A stretch of DNA of 64,000 bases from an uncultured bacterium (GCA_965541585.1 CBEUCH010000005.1:96001-160000); one strand, 5' to 3'; shown: positions 30,082 through 38,687, counted from the stretch's first letter. Notes: a model not told the origin generated them from the sequence alone. Translations and numbers: made by a program.

Positions 30082-31038
30082 TCAAAGATGCATTCCGTAA
30101 CTCAGGCCGAATCTGGCCGTCCAGTCCTCTGTCAACTGGCTGCCATTGACATTCTGATAAATTGGTATCTCCAGATTGCTCCACAATTGCAACCCATGAA
30201 TGCCCCTGCCAAGAATGCTATAAGTAATCCCCGGCGAGACATAAATCCAGTCTCCCCCGCTGCTTGCGAAAACCTGACCGTCTCGTTTGTCTTTAGCTCT
30301 GTGGAGCGCATTCATGCGGAAGGAAAAATCCAGCCCGGATTGATTAGAGAAGATTAGCGAGTAAGCTGTGCCTATTCCGTATAGGAAAAAGGTTCCTGAT
30401 TTCGTTCCGTCATCTGATTCACTTAAGATAGGGCGGGCATACAGATTGGCGTTCGCGCTCCACGGTCCCTGAAGCGAGAAAACCATAGAGGCCAGAAAAA
30501 CCGGATCAACCGTCCCGCTGATGAAATTCTTATCGGAGCTAATCGGATTCTCAATGCCTTCTCCTACAGGGATATTGGTGCCGGCCCCCGCAGACAGCAT
30601 GGTCGGGGCGGCGAAATAGCCGAAGGACCAGAAGTATTGCGCTACCAGGGTCAGATCGCCAAATTTCGTGTCACTGTCCTGGACGCTGCCAAGATTAATG
30701 AAGTCCACGCTCAGAAGCGGAAGGGTAGCCTGCAAGGCCAGGCGGTTTGTGAGACCGTAATCAAGTTGCCCGGTATAGACCCGGGCGCGGGTAGCCTGAT
30801 CCATCGGGTTGCTCACAACTTCCGTGCCAGCGCGAAGATCAGCCCGCTTGCTGTAACTTCCCGTGAAGCCGAATTGAATATGTCCCTTGTGCAGGGCGCT
30901 CGATTCGGTCCTGCCGACCGGCAGGTGCGGTGAGCTTCAAAGGCCTCATTGACCTATGGCGACCTTAGCCAGCGGGATACTCAAGGCGATGGATGCCGCC
31001 AAGAACCATGCGGCTAAGTTTGTTGCCTTATTCTTCAT
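30082..31038 (-). CDS. Candidate selenoprotein: outer-membrane beta-barrel 'transporter' with N-terminal UxxU motif (318 aa)
   Basis: The frame of ORF 30082-30816 extends to ATG 31038 (or in-frame ATG 31083 with AAGGAGA SD) through TGA at 30946-48 and 30937-39: MKNKATNLAAWFLAASIALSIPLAKVAIGQ-U-G-L-U-SSPHLP...; SECIS-like hairpin; barrel motifs GDL, G...PVG, C-terminal RFGLSY. Confidence 0.8.
30910..30925 (-). promoter_or_regulatory. Bacterial SECIS-like stem-loop
   Basis: CCUGCC-GGUC-GGCAGG, starting after an 11-nt spacer from the second UGA. Confidence 0.75.
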
Positions 31039-31228
31039 TGAGAATCCCCCCGAAACTGCCCCCGATGCTGATTGCTGATGCATAATCTGATCTCCTTAAA
31101 TGTCCCATAGTGTGTCACAGTCCATCACTGCCGAACCTTGATGGCTTGCTGTGACCACCTCAATCTTCGGAGCTACAGGCCGCCCGCGGACGGCCATTTC
31201 CAAGTTGTCAGTTTTGTGGATAGCAGTT

Positions 31229-31282
31229 TCAGCCAAAAGGTTCCCCTACGCCGGCGGCCCTCAGGGTGGTTTCATCCGGTCC
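31229..31282 (-). repeat. Diverged duplicate of the thioredoxin gene 3' end
   Basis: Encodes GPDETTLRAAGVGEPFG* versus GPDEAALKAAGLGRPITGSS*; shares GGACCGGATGAA with 31345-31356. Confidence 0.8.
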
Positions 31283-31293
31283 GAGAGCTTCTT

Positions 31294-31572
31294 TCAGGAT
31301 GAGCCGGTTATTGGTCGCCCGAGACCGGCCGCTTTCAGGGCGGCTTCATCCGGTCCGCTATTAACGCAACAATCTGCTATCTTGCCATCAATCAAAACCG
31401 CCGGCACGGTGCGTATCCCCAGGCTCCTGGCCGCTTTCGCTACCCTGTCATCATTCATGTCATGCACGGTCACCTCGCATGACGGGCATGCCAGCCTGTT
31501 GACCATTTGAATTACCTCATTGCATGGGGGGCATCCGGCGCTGAAAATCTCTACTTTTCTTCTGGTGGCCAT
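31294..31572 (-). CDS. Small thioredoxin/glutaredoxin-like protein with six Cys
   Basis: VEIFSAGCPPC, CPSC, TVPAVLIDG, CC; AAGGAG SD. Confidence 0.88.
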   Translation of the reverse strand: MATRRKVEIFSAGCPPCNEVIQMVNRLACPSCEVTVHDMNDDRVAKAARSLGIRTVPAVLIDGKIADCCVNSGPDEAALKAAGLGRPITGSS

Positions 31573-31588
31573 AACTTTCTTCTCCTTC

Positions 31589-31649
31589 TATGGTTTGAAT
31601 CCCGATGCCGTGCGCGGCGAGCGACCTGGCCGATCGTTAGTGGTTTCAT
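31589..31649 (-). pseudogene. Vestige of a MerR-family regulator (first ~20 codons, frameshifted)
   Basis: GGAGG SD, then MKPLTIGQVARRA, one extra C, then GIGIQTI: the start of a MerR HTH. The rest is absent. Confidence 0.8.
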
Positions 31650-31668
31650 TTCAAGACCTCCACCCTGA

Positions 31669-31700
31669 ATAATACACCCTGTAGTATACTACAGGGTCAA
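31669..31700 (-). promoter_or_regulatory. MerR-family (CadR/PbrR/MerR-like) operator-promoter
   Basis: TTGACC-20 bp-TATTAT with perfect 22-bp palindrome ACCCTGTAG-TATA-CTACAGGGT at 31676-31697. Confidence 0.9.
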
Positions 31701-31747
31701 GAGTTTTTTTACGGTCTTTTGTATTTTCGACGAAAATTATCCTGTCA

Positions 31748-32728
31748 CTAATACTTCTTGCGCCGCTCTATCATATAATTGGAGCCGTGCAGCGTTTTGG
31801 TGTATTTCTTCAGATCCGCCATCATATGGCTCATCTCCCCCGGATGCTGGAACATTCTTTTCTGATTGTTAAGTACCGCGATCGATATTGTGATGATCTC
31901 GAAACGCTCCATTTCGCCCCTGCGGTTCGGAACATCGATCCATCCCCTCTCCCGGTCGACCTCGGCATAGCGAAATGGCGCCATACGATCAAAAGTAGCT
32001 ATTATATTTTTGCAGATGAGATGCACCATCTCGGACGGTATTATGAAGACGAAATCATCTCCGCCGATATGTCCGACGAAACCGTTTGGTGTGAGATCGT
32101 GGACGATGTTTCGCATGATATGCGATGTTATCTTGATCATCTTATCGCCATAGACATAGCCGTAATAATCGTTATAGGACTTAAAATTATCCAGGTCGGC
32201 ATAGCAGACTGCAAATTGCTCGCCAACCTTCAGCCGCCTGTCTATCTCGAATTCGATGGCATTGGGTCCCGGCAACCTGGACGAGGGATTAACGCTTAAA
32301 TCTCGTCGCGAACGGAAGATCATCATCTCGATCTTGGCCAGGATGATATCGGAATCCCAGGGTTCCGATGTAAAATCGTTCCCACCCTCTTTCAGAGAGG
32401 ATATGATCAATCCCTTTTCGGCGCCGGGGGCAATGACCATTACGGGAATATACTCCAGTATCGAATGCGATTTTATTCTGCGGATCATATCCGGTATCCA
32501 CGATTTTTCCTCGCCGCTGGCGATTATTATCAGATCTAAATACGAACGTTGATTCTGCTCAAGCAGTTGATCGGGCGTGTCGAATCTGTGGATCACGACC
32601 TCGAAACCATATTGCAGCATTCGGAGTCTTTCCTCGATATCTATCCACGACTGGCAAAGACCCAGGTGAAGTTTCGGGACTTTGACCTTTACAGAAGCGG
32701 TTTTTTTCTTTTGATCGACTTCTACCAT
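31748..32728 (-). CDS. Receiver-like plus GGDEF-domain protein (GGDDF)
   Basis: DLDNFKSYND.YG...GD and GHIGGDDF; atypical receiver. Confidence 0.88.
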   Translation of the reverse strand: MVEVDQKKKTASVKVKVPKLHLGLCQSWIDIEERLRMLQYGFEVVIHRFDTPDQLLEQNQRSYLDLIIIASGEEKSWIPDMIRRIKSHSILEYIPVMVIAPGAEKGLIISSLKEGGNDFTSEPWDSDIILAKIEMMIFRSRRDLSVNPSSRLPGPNAIEFEIDRRLKVGEQFAVCYADLDNFKSYNDYYGYVYGDKMIKITSHIMRNIVHDLTPNGFVGHIGGDDFVFIIPSEMVHLICKNIIATFDRMAPFRYAEVDRERGWIDVPNRRGEMERFEIITISIAVLNNQKRMFQHPGEMSHMMADLKKYTKTLHGSNYMIERRKKY

Positions 32729-33675
32729 TTTTCTCGAGGATGAAATTCCCCGTGCTCCGAAACCAGAAAATCTTTGTCAAGATGGGTGTAAATCTCGGTG
32801 GTGGCAATATCGGCATGCCCCAGTAGTTCCTGCACGGCAAACAGGTCAGCCCCCCCCTCTAGCAGGTGGGTTGCAAAACTATGCCTGAGAGTATGAGGGC
32901 TCACGTTTTTGGTTATGCCTGCGGCATCCACATACTTCCTCAGGATCTTCCAGATTCCCATGCGAGAGAGTTTCCCGCCGCGATTATTCAAAAACAGGTA
33001 ATCTTCGCTTCGTGCTCCGGCCAGCCTAGAACGGCAGGCACGCAAATAGATATCGATTGCCGCCCAGGCAGCTTTGCCCATAGGAACGACTCTCACTTTC
33101 TTCCCCTTACCATAGAGCTTAACAAGACTCATTTCGGTGTAGAGATCTTTTCGTTGAGCCTCGACCGCCTCCGATACCCTGGCACCGGTTCCATAGAGGA
33201 ATTCAAGCAAAGCCAGGTCCCTTGAAGGCAACTTTTTCCCCGAGCTATCGTTATCGGCCGCCCGCCTGGCGGAATCCAGCAGACTGAAGACCGCCTCCAC
33301 CGTAAGCGCACCGGGATGAGACCTGTACAGTTTGGGCCCGGCAATAGATTCCACTGGATTGGAGGCGGTCTCACCCACCCTGTTGAGATAACGATAATAT
33401 CCCTTTAGCGAGCTTAGCTGGCGAGCTATGGAGGACGGCGCCATTCCCGCCGTACGAAGATATTCCAGATAGGCTGACAGATCGTACTGCCTGAGTTGAT
33501 TGGGGTTCTTTCCGATTTTCTCAAGGTACCCGGAAAATTTCTCAATATCAGAGCGATAGGACTTGCAGCTTTGATCCGCCAATCCCTTTTCGAGACTCAG
33601 ATAGCCCAGGAATTGCTCGAGGCTTTCAGTCATCCGAGCAGACATCATATCACTATTTTCGGCAACAGGCAGCAT
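32722..33675 (-). CDS. xerD: Site-specific tyrosine recombinase XerD
   Basis: YGTGARVSE, GKGKK.R, SPHTLRHSFATHLLEGGADL, LGH..I.TTEIYTH. Start may be slightly downstream. Confidence 0.9.
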   Translation of the reverse strand: MLPVAENSDMMSARMTESLEQFLGYLSLEKGLADQSCKSYRSDIEKFSGYLEKIGKNPNQLRQYDLSAYLEYLRTAGMAPSSIARQLSSLKGYYRYLNRVGETASNPVESIAGPKLYRSHPGALTVEAVFSLLDSARRAADNDSSGKKLPSRDLALLEFLYGTGARVSEAVEAQRKDLYTEMSLVKLYGKGKKVRVVPMGKAAWAAIDIYLRACRSRLAGARSEDYLFLNNRGGKLSRMGIWKILRKYVDAAGITKNVSPHTLRHSFATHLLEGGADLFAVQELLGHADIATTEIYTHLDKDFLVSEHGEFHPREKW

Positions 33676-33740
33676 AAAGTTTACATAATATATCGAGAAT
33701 CTCCGAAAAATCTGCTTTTGCCCTTTTCCTCAGGCATATT

Positions 33741-33772
33741 AAAAGCCCCCCAATTTTCCGAAGGTGGGGGGC
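33741..33772 (-). terminator. Rho-independent terminator
   Basis: GCCCCCCA/TGGGGGGC stem followed by TTTT after the 1110-aa gene. Confidence 0.65.
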
Positions 33773-33792
33773 CGAATCAGCTGTCTTTGCGG

Positions 33793-36700
33793 CTATTTCA
33801 GCAGGGTCATTTTCTTGATGTCTGTATAGCTTTCTGCAGCGATTTTATAATAGTAGATACCGGATGACGAATTTGAGCCGTTCCAGCGGACGCTATGAAA
33901 ACCTGCAGGCAAAAGCCCCTCATAAAGAGTTACTACCTTCTGGCCGAGTATGTTGAAGATCTCGATTTTAACGTCGGACTGCTGCGGCAATCCGAACTTG
34001 ATTTCGGTGGACGGATTAAAGGGATTCGGATAATTCTGGAAAAGCGAGAACTCCAGTGGCAGATCGGAGGATTCGTCGTCGATGCCGGTACGAGGCGTTG
34101 AAACCACTGTGACCGGGATCTCGGGGGTTTCTGCACTATTGTTGTATATGGTTATGGCGGCCTGATATGTAGTATCGGGAATAATATCATTACCGCTAAA
34201 ATCGACCGTTATAGTCAAGTCTATATTCTCTGAGGGGGCGAGAGCGCCTGCCATTGGATCGACTGTCAGCCATTGCGTGAAAGGAGTGATTTCATAGCCC
34301 TGGACCATATCCGGCGAATCCTGCACCAGGCCGAAAACGACACCCAACGAAGGTTCCCAGGAAGTTGTGAAGCACATCCCGCCTGCCACAGCGTCGTCGC
34401 CCCCGCTGTGATCTATAGCATAGAATACGACACCGGTATATGAGCCGATCCCCGGATCAAACTGGCTGATCTGAAGTTGCGGTGTGCCATCCTGCGAGAA
34501 TACCCATAGCCAGGGGCCGCCCTCGGATACATTGTCCCAGGCCATACCATAAATGATATAGCCGTTGGCATAAGTGGCAAGGGTCTGGCCGCTGCGGTCA
34601 AACTCAATAATATTCGAGCCAAAATTAGCCGACCAGAAATGATCGGTATCCGGATCCCAGGCCAATGCCCTCAGAGGAGGGCTGATGCTGGTGGGCATCG
34701 GCAATTCATCTACCTTCTGTCCGGTGTTGGGGTCGATTACCGCCAGTTCGTATTCATCGGAGGCGTACAGGTAGGTGCCGTCCCACGCAAGATCGCGCCA
34801 TCCCCAGTCGGATGAGGTGCCCTGATCGAATGTATTCACAAGGATGCCGTCGCGATCGAACTTGTGCAGGTAGTGGGTTTCAAGATCGTTGGCCCCGGTA
34901 ACCCAAAAGTATTGCCCGTCGAACTCGACGCCGAGGCAACGAACGTCCCCGGTCTGGCCCTCTGTTTCAAACGTGAATACTTCGTCCCCGAAATCAAGAA
35001 CGGTCGGCGGATCGCCTGTGCCATGGACTGGAGCATACTCGTTCAATGCATAAGCCGGTTCAATCTCTACGCGCCGGACGATTTCACCTGTTCGGCGCAG
35101 ATTGATCTCCGGTTTCACTTTCAAAAGCCTGCCGCCCATTCTGATAACGACATCAAAACTCAAATCGCCATCTCCGACATTGGCGAGATTGCGAACGAAA
35201 TCCACCGTCTGACCCACTGCAATATTGGTATCTATGGGAGTAGTGTCGATCTGAATCACCGGAGCTGTAAGAACAAAATCCAAGGTTGTCGTCTGGCCCG
35301 CAAAAACCTCGATACCGTTAACCGTCATTGAGTTGTGGTATATCGCCGAAACAGTGACGGAATAGACGCCCGGGATCAATTCGAGAATATAACTGCCCTC
35401 GTTATCGGTCGTATCCGTCACGGTTCCCGTTTCGACAATTGCGCCTTCAATCGGGCTGCCGCCGGCCAGATCGGTGACGATACCGGTGATGTAGCCGGGT
35501 TCGCCACCCCCGCCTCCATAGACAACAAAATCGTCAATATACCAACCGGGATCTTCGACAGACGTATCCGATCCGAAGTCAAACTTTATCAATACCATCG
35601 CTCCGCTATATGCGGATAGATCAAAAGTCGCCAGTTCCCAGCCGTTCGATTCCCCGAAGAACGCCTCCTGACCACCAATGGGATTTTCGAAATTCGTGGA
35701 GAGGATACCGTCATAACCACCCTCGGGCGTGATCAGATCCCAACTAATGCCATCGGTGGATATCTTCACGTTACCGCCGTCGAATCCGCTTTCGGTATTA
35801 TACCAGTGCCAGAACGTAAGGACCGGATCGCTGGTAAGGCCCAGCAGAGGAGAAATCAGCGCGGAAAGGAGCGGACCGTTGGAATATGATCCGTTAAGAA
35901 TCGTGCCCCAGAGATTGGCTCCGGAATGAGCGTCACCCGGCCCTGATTCCGGGACTCCCCATTCCCAGTCGTTGTCCGCTTCGAAGAAACCGTTGTCTTC
36001 CTCAAAATCCTCCACAAATATGCTGGCAAAGGCGATGAATCCCATACGAAGAGTGTCATTCCCCGGGATTTCATCACCTGCAAGTTCGGTTATAGCCACC
36101 AACTCGAAGACGCCCTCCTCAAAGGGGGCATACGACGGGAACGTTATGTCGACAGTGGAGCCCTGATCAAGATCTACAATCTGTTCAGTTTCGTTATAAA
36201 CCTCACCCTCATGATTTATCACGAGGCGAGCGCCGAAGCTCTCGGCGCTGTTTCCGCCATTTGCAATTCTGATCTCGGTGTCAAACGGATCCCCCACCTG
36301 GCCTATACCGGGCGGCCTGAGGAATGCCTCCGGACTCACATCGTGTTCAGCGAAGATCGGCCCCTCGAGTCCGAAGTAGATGGCGGTCCCGGACTCGTCC
36401 CGGGAGATATTGTAAACATACTGCAATCCGATGCCGCCATCGGAATCCTCAATTCCTATAGTATGGGAATCGAGAATGCCGATCAGGGAAAGGTACTGAT
36501 AATGTATATCGCCGTCGGCAGTTAGAATCAGCTGAAACGTATAGGAACCTTCATCGGGGTAATGCGGGATTCCCTCCCAGGAAACGATTGCAGAATCTGC
36601 ATCATTTGTATAAAAATAGATCATGCCCCCGTTGCCCGGATTCAAATCATCCCAATAGGCAGCCAGAAGGTTATTCGGCTCAACGAGTGTCGGGATCGGC

Positions 36701-37125
36701 GAATTAACATAATTATTAACCGTGGATGTAAAAGATGCCCAGCCATTCGAGCAGATGTTGATGGTATTGAATCTGTTGCCGTAAAACTCGAAATCGAAAC
36801 CAAGAGTGAACGGCCCTTGATTCTCGTCGTCCGAAAACGTCAAAGGCTGGCCGATACCTGTAATATCGATCCATTCGAATTCCGGCGCGTTGTTGGCATC
36901 GTCCTCGGAATCTATATAGTAATAGCCGTATTCATCAGGGCCACCATTATCCAGGATCACCGATGGATCCGCAGAGTGAATCTCAATGCTGGCGGCATTA
37001 TCCTTGAGCCATTGTTCCTTCTCCGTCAAAGCGTCGGCGTTGGAATACAGCACCAATACTGCGCCCACCAGGATCACTGCTGCAAATAACTTTATAGCAA
37101 ATAAGCGTCTCAAGATAACCTCCAT
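33793..37125 (-). CDS. Large acidic secreted multidomain protein with FlgD/T9SS-like tail
   Basis: Signal peptide; nidogen-like region; MAM/InhA-like jelly roll; carboxypeptidase-regulatory-like domain; beta-propeller-like LAWD repeats; QNYPNPFN tail. Confidence 0.8.
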   Translation of the reverse strand: MEVILRRLFAIKLFAAVILVGAVLVLYSNADALTEKEQWLKDNAASIEIHSADPSVILDNGGPDEYGYYYIDSEDDANNAPEFEWIDITGIGQPLTFSDDENQGPFTLGFDFEFYGNRFNTINICSNGWASFTSTVNNYVNSPIPTLVEPNNLLAAYWDDLNPGNGGMIYFYTNDADSAIVSWEGIPHYPDEGSYTFQLILTADGDIHYQYLSLIGILDSHTIGIEDSDGGIGLQYVYNISRDESGTAIYFGLEGPIFAEHDVSPEAFLRPPGIGQVGDPFDTEIRIANGGNSAESFGARLVINHEGEVYNETEQIVDLDQGSTVDITFPSYAPFEEGVFELVAITELAGDEIPGNDTLRMGFIAFASIFVEDFEEDNGFFEADNDWEWGVPESGPGDAHSGANLWGTILNGSYSNGPLLSALISPLLGLTSDPVLTFWHWYNTESGFDGGNVKISTDGISWDLITPEGGYDGILSTNFENPIGGQEAFFGESNGWELATFDLSAYSGAMVLIKFDFGSDTSVEDPGWYIDDFVVYGGGGGEPGYITGIVTDLAGGSPIEGAIVETGTVTDTTDNEGSYILELIPGVYSVTVSAIYHNSMTVNGIEVFAGQTTTLDFVLTAPVIQIDTTPIDTNIAVGQTVDFVRNLANVGDGDLSFDVVIRMGGRLLKVKPEINLRRTGEIVRRVEIEPAYALNEYAPVHGTGDPPTVLDFGDEVFTFETEGQTGDVRCLGVEFDGQYFWVTGANDLETHYLHKFDRDGILVNTFDQGTSSDWGWRDLAWDGTYLYASDEYELAVIDPNTGQKVDELPMPTSISPPLRALAWDPDTDHFWSANFGSNIIEFDRSGQTLATYANGYIIYGMAWDNVSEGGPWLWVFSQDGTPQLQISQFDPGIGSYTGVVFYAIDHSGGDDAVAGGMCFTTSWEPSLGVVFGLVQDSPDMVQGYEITPFTQWLTVDPMAGALAPSENIDLTITVDFSGNDIIPDTTYQAAITIYNNSAETPEIPVTVVSTPRTGIDDESSDLPLEFSLFQNYPNPFNPSTEIKFGLPQQSDVKIEIFNILGQKVVTLYEGLLPAGFHSVRWNGSNSSSGIYYYKIAAESYTDIKKMTLLK

Positions 37126-37324
37126 TTACACAGATGGAAACCCGTGGAAATTGCCCTGTCTTTCCAATTGTTGTCCATCACCCGTTAGTTAAGATAAGCT
37201 TCTGGAGCCAAAATCCTGCAGGTTTCCTGCGTTTTTTCGGCTCAATTTCAAAATAAATAAAATACCTGATTTGTCAAGCGTTTTTACAACACGCATTTAG
37301 CCTAACTTAAATATTAATATAATG

Positions 37325-38065
37325 TTACGAGCTTCCGAGCCAGATTTTTGCGGGAATCGAGGGGTTTATTCGGATCTTATTGATCTCAAGCGATATCCTC
37401 CAGCTTTCGGTCCTGTCAAAGATCTCCACCCGTGACGGGTAGAAACCGCCTCCGTGATTTATTCTGTGGCTGTAAAGCGCTACAATATCGGCATTCCAGC
37501 AGCTCAACAGGAAAGACCGTTTTCCTGCTCCGGATTCGAAATAAAATTCCATATCTTCATATGGCGAGATCAGCCTGTTAGTGGAACTTTCGGAATCAGC
37601 TAAACGCAGATAATACTGGGGTAAAATATAGTTTCCCAGCAGGAACGGGGAAAGTTTTTCTATTCCATATTCGGGGATTTCCAGAAAATCGCCTTTTTTA
37701 AACCTGTACCACTTTCTATCGTCCCTGGAGTACGCATAAGCGCGATGGTCGGCAATTACCAGACGGAACAGATCTACTTTGAATGGTCCCTCGATAAGAA
37801 AAGACAGCGAATCGGGGCCGTTCAGAAAGAGCTGGAAAGAACCTGATTCTATCGCGACGCCGCTTTTAAACTCGATTGATCCTTTAATGGCCAGAGTCGA
37901 TGCATCATGCAGAAACATCGAGCCGGTGGAAAACAATATCCTGGGATTCAGAGGCTGATCCCCTCTGGGGCCGTTGCACGATAGCAGGCCAAGAAATAGA
38001 ATTGTCGAACCAATCCTGAGAAGGCGATTCTTCAATTCGCCTTTATCATCATATAGGCATGCCAA
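37325..38065 (-). CDS. Hypothetical lipoprotein, LolB/DUF4292-like
   Basis: Lipobox LLSC; beta-rich with GPF and YPSRVEI. True start probably a few codons downstream. Confidence 0.55.
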   Translation of the reverse strand: MACLYDDKGELKNRLLRIGSTILFLGLLSCNGPRGDQPLNPRILFSTGSMFLHDASTLAIKGSIEFKSGVAIESGSFQLFLNGPDSLSFLIEGPFKVDLFRLVIADHRAYAYSRDDRKWYRFKKGDFLEIPEYGIEKLSPFLLGNYILPQYYLRLADSESSTNRLISPYEDMEFYFESGAGKRSFLLSCWNADIVALYSHRINHGGGFYPSRVEIFDRTESWRISLEINKIRINPSIPAKIWLGSS

Positions 38066-38687
38066 TCAGAAATCCTCCGAGAATCCTGACTACAGGTGTG
38101 AAGATGGCGCCAAAGATATCGAGTCCGCTGAAACTGCTTAAGAATATCAGGCCCAACAACAGCATGGGGCCCATGGATTGAAGCTGCTGAAGCTTCAGGT
38201 AAGTCTCATATGATACCAGACCCTCGAGAATATGGAAACCATCCAGAGGCGGCAAAGGAAAGAGATTGAAAACCATAAGGATTATATTCAACCTCACTGA
38301 GAACTTAATCATGGCCAGTACAAAGATTCCTACATCTGAATAAATAAGAAAAGGAATCAGCATACGAAAAACAGCCGCCGACAGTACGGCCAGAATGAAA
38401 TTTGATGCAGGCCCGGCAAGGGAAATCCAGAGACCGTCTCTAATCGGCTCTCTTAAGTTGGCCGGATTAACCGGCACGGGCTTGGCCCATCCGAAATGCA
38501 CTATAAACAGAGCAATGAATCCGAAAGGATCTATATGAGGAATGGGATTTAGCGTTACCCTGCCCAGATCCTTGGCTGTAGGATCACCCAGCCTGTAGGC
38601 GATATAGGCATGGGCGCTTTCATGTACTGAGATGGCCAGAAGGAAGGGCGGGACAAATAAAATCACCTGTTGAATGAAATCCTGCAT
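38049..38687 (-). CDS. Site-2 protease (M50)
   Basis: HESAH, GWAKPVPVN, NLFPLPPLDG. Confidence 0.93.
   Translation of the reverse strand: MQDFIQQVILFVPPFLLAISVHESAHAYIAYRLGDPTAKDLGRVTLNPIPHIDPFGFIALFIVHFGWAKPVPVNPANLREPIRDGLWISLAGPASNFILAVLSAAVFRMLIPFLIYSDVGIFVLAMIKFSVRLNIILMVFNLFPLPPLDGFHILEGLVSYETYLKLQQLQSMGPMLLLGLIFLSSFSGLDIFGAIFTPVVRILGGFLIGMPI

Noticed and set aside
30082..31038. Reading the barrel gene as a nonsense pseudogene or as using genetic code 4/25
   Set aside because: TGA is a normal stop for many genes in the window (several ATGA overlaps), so there is no global recoding. CxxC spacing plus a SECIS-like hairpin favours Sec over decay, though decay is not formally excluded.
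31283..31296. Sec read-through of the thioredoxin TGA into the duplicated tail
   Set aside because: The duplicate is out of frame and the stop lies at the natural C-terminus.
31748..32728. Hypr-type GGDEF making 3',3'-cGAMP
   Set aside because: The architecture is similar, but the specificity position retains Asp (YGYVYGD) rather than the Ser/Thr of Hypr enzymes.
32722..33675. Integrase mobilising the metal cassette
   Set aside because: The sequence is typical housekeeping XerD; no att sites, tRNA or phage genes were seen.
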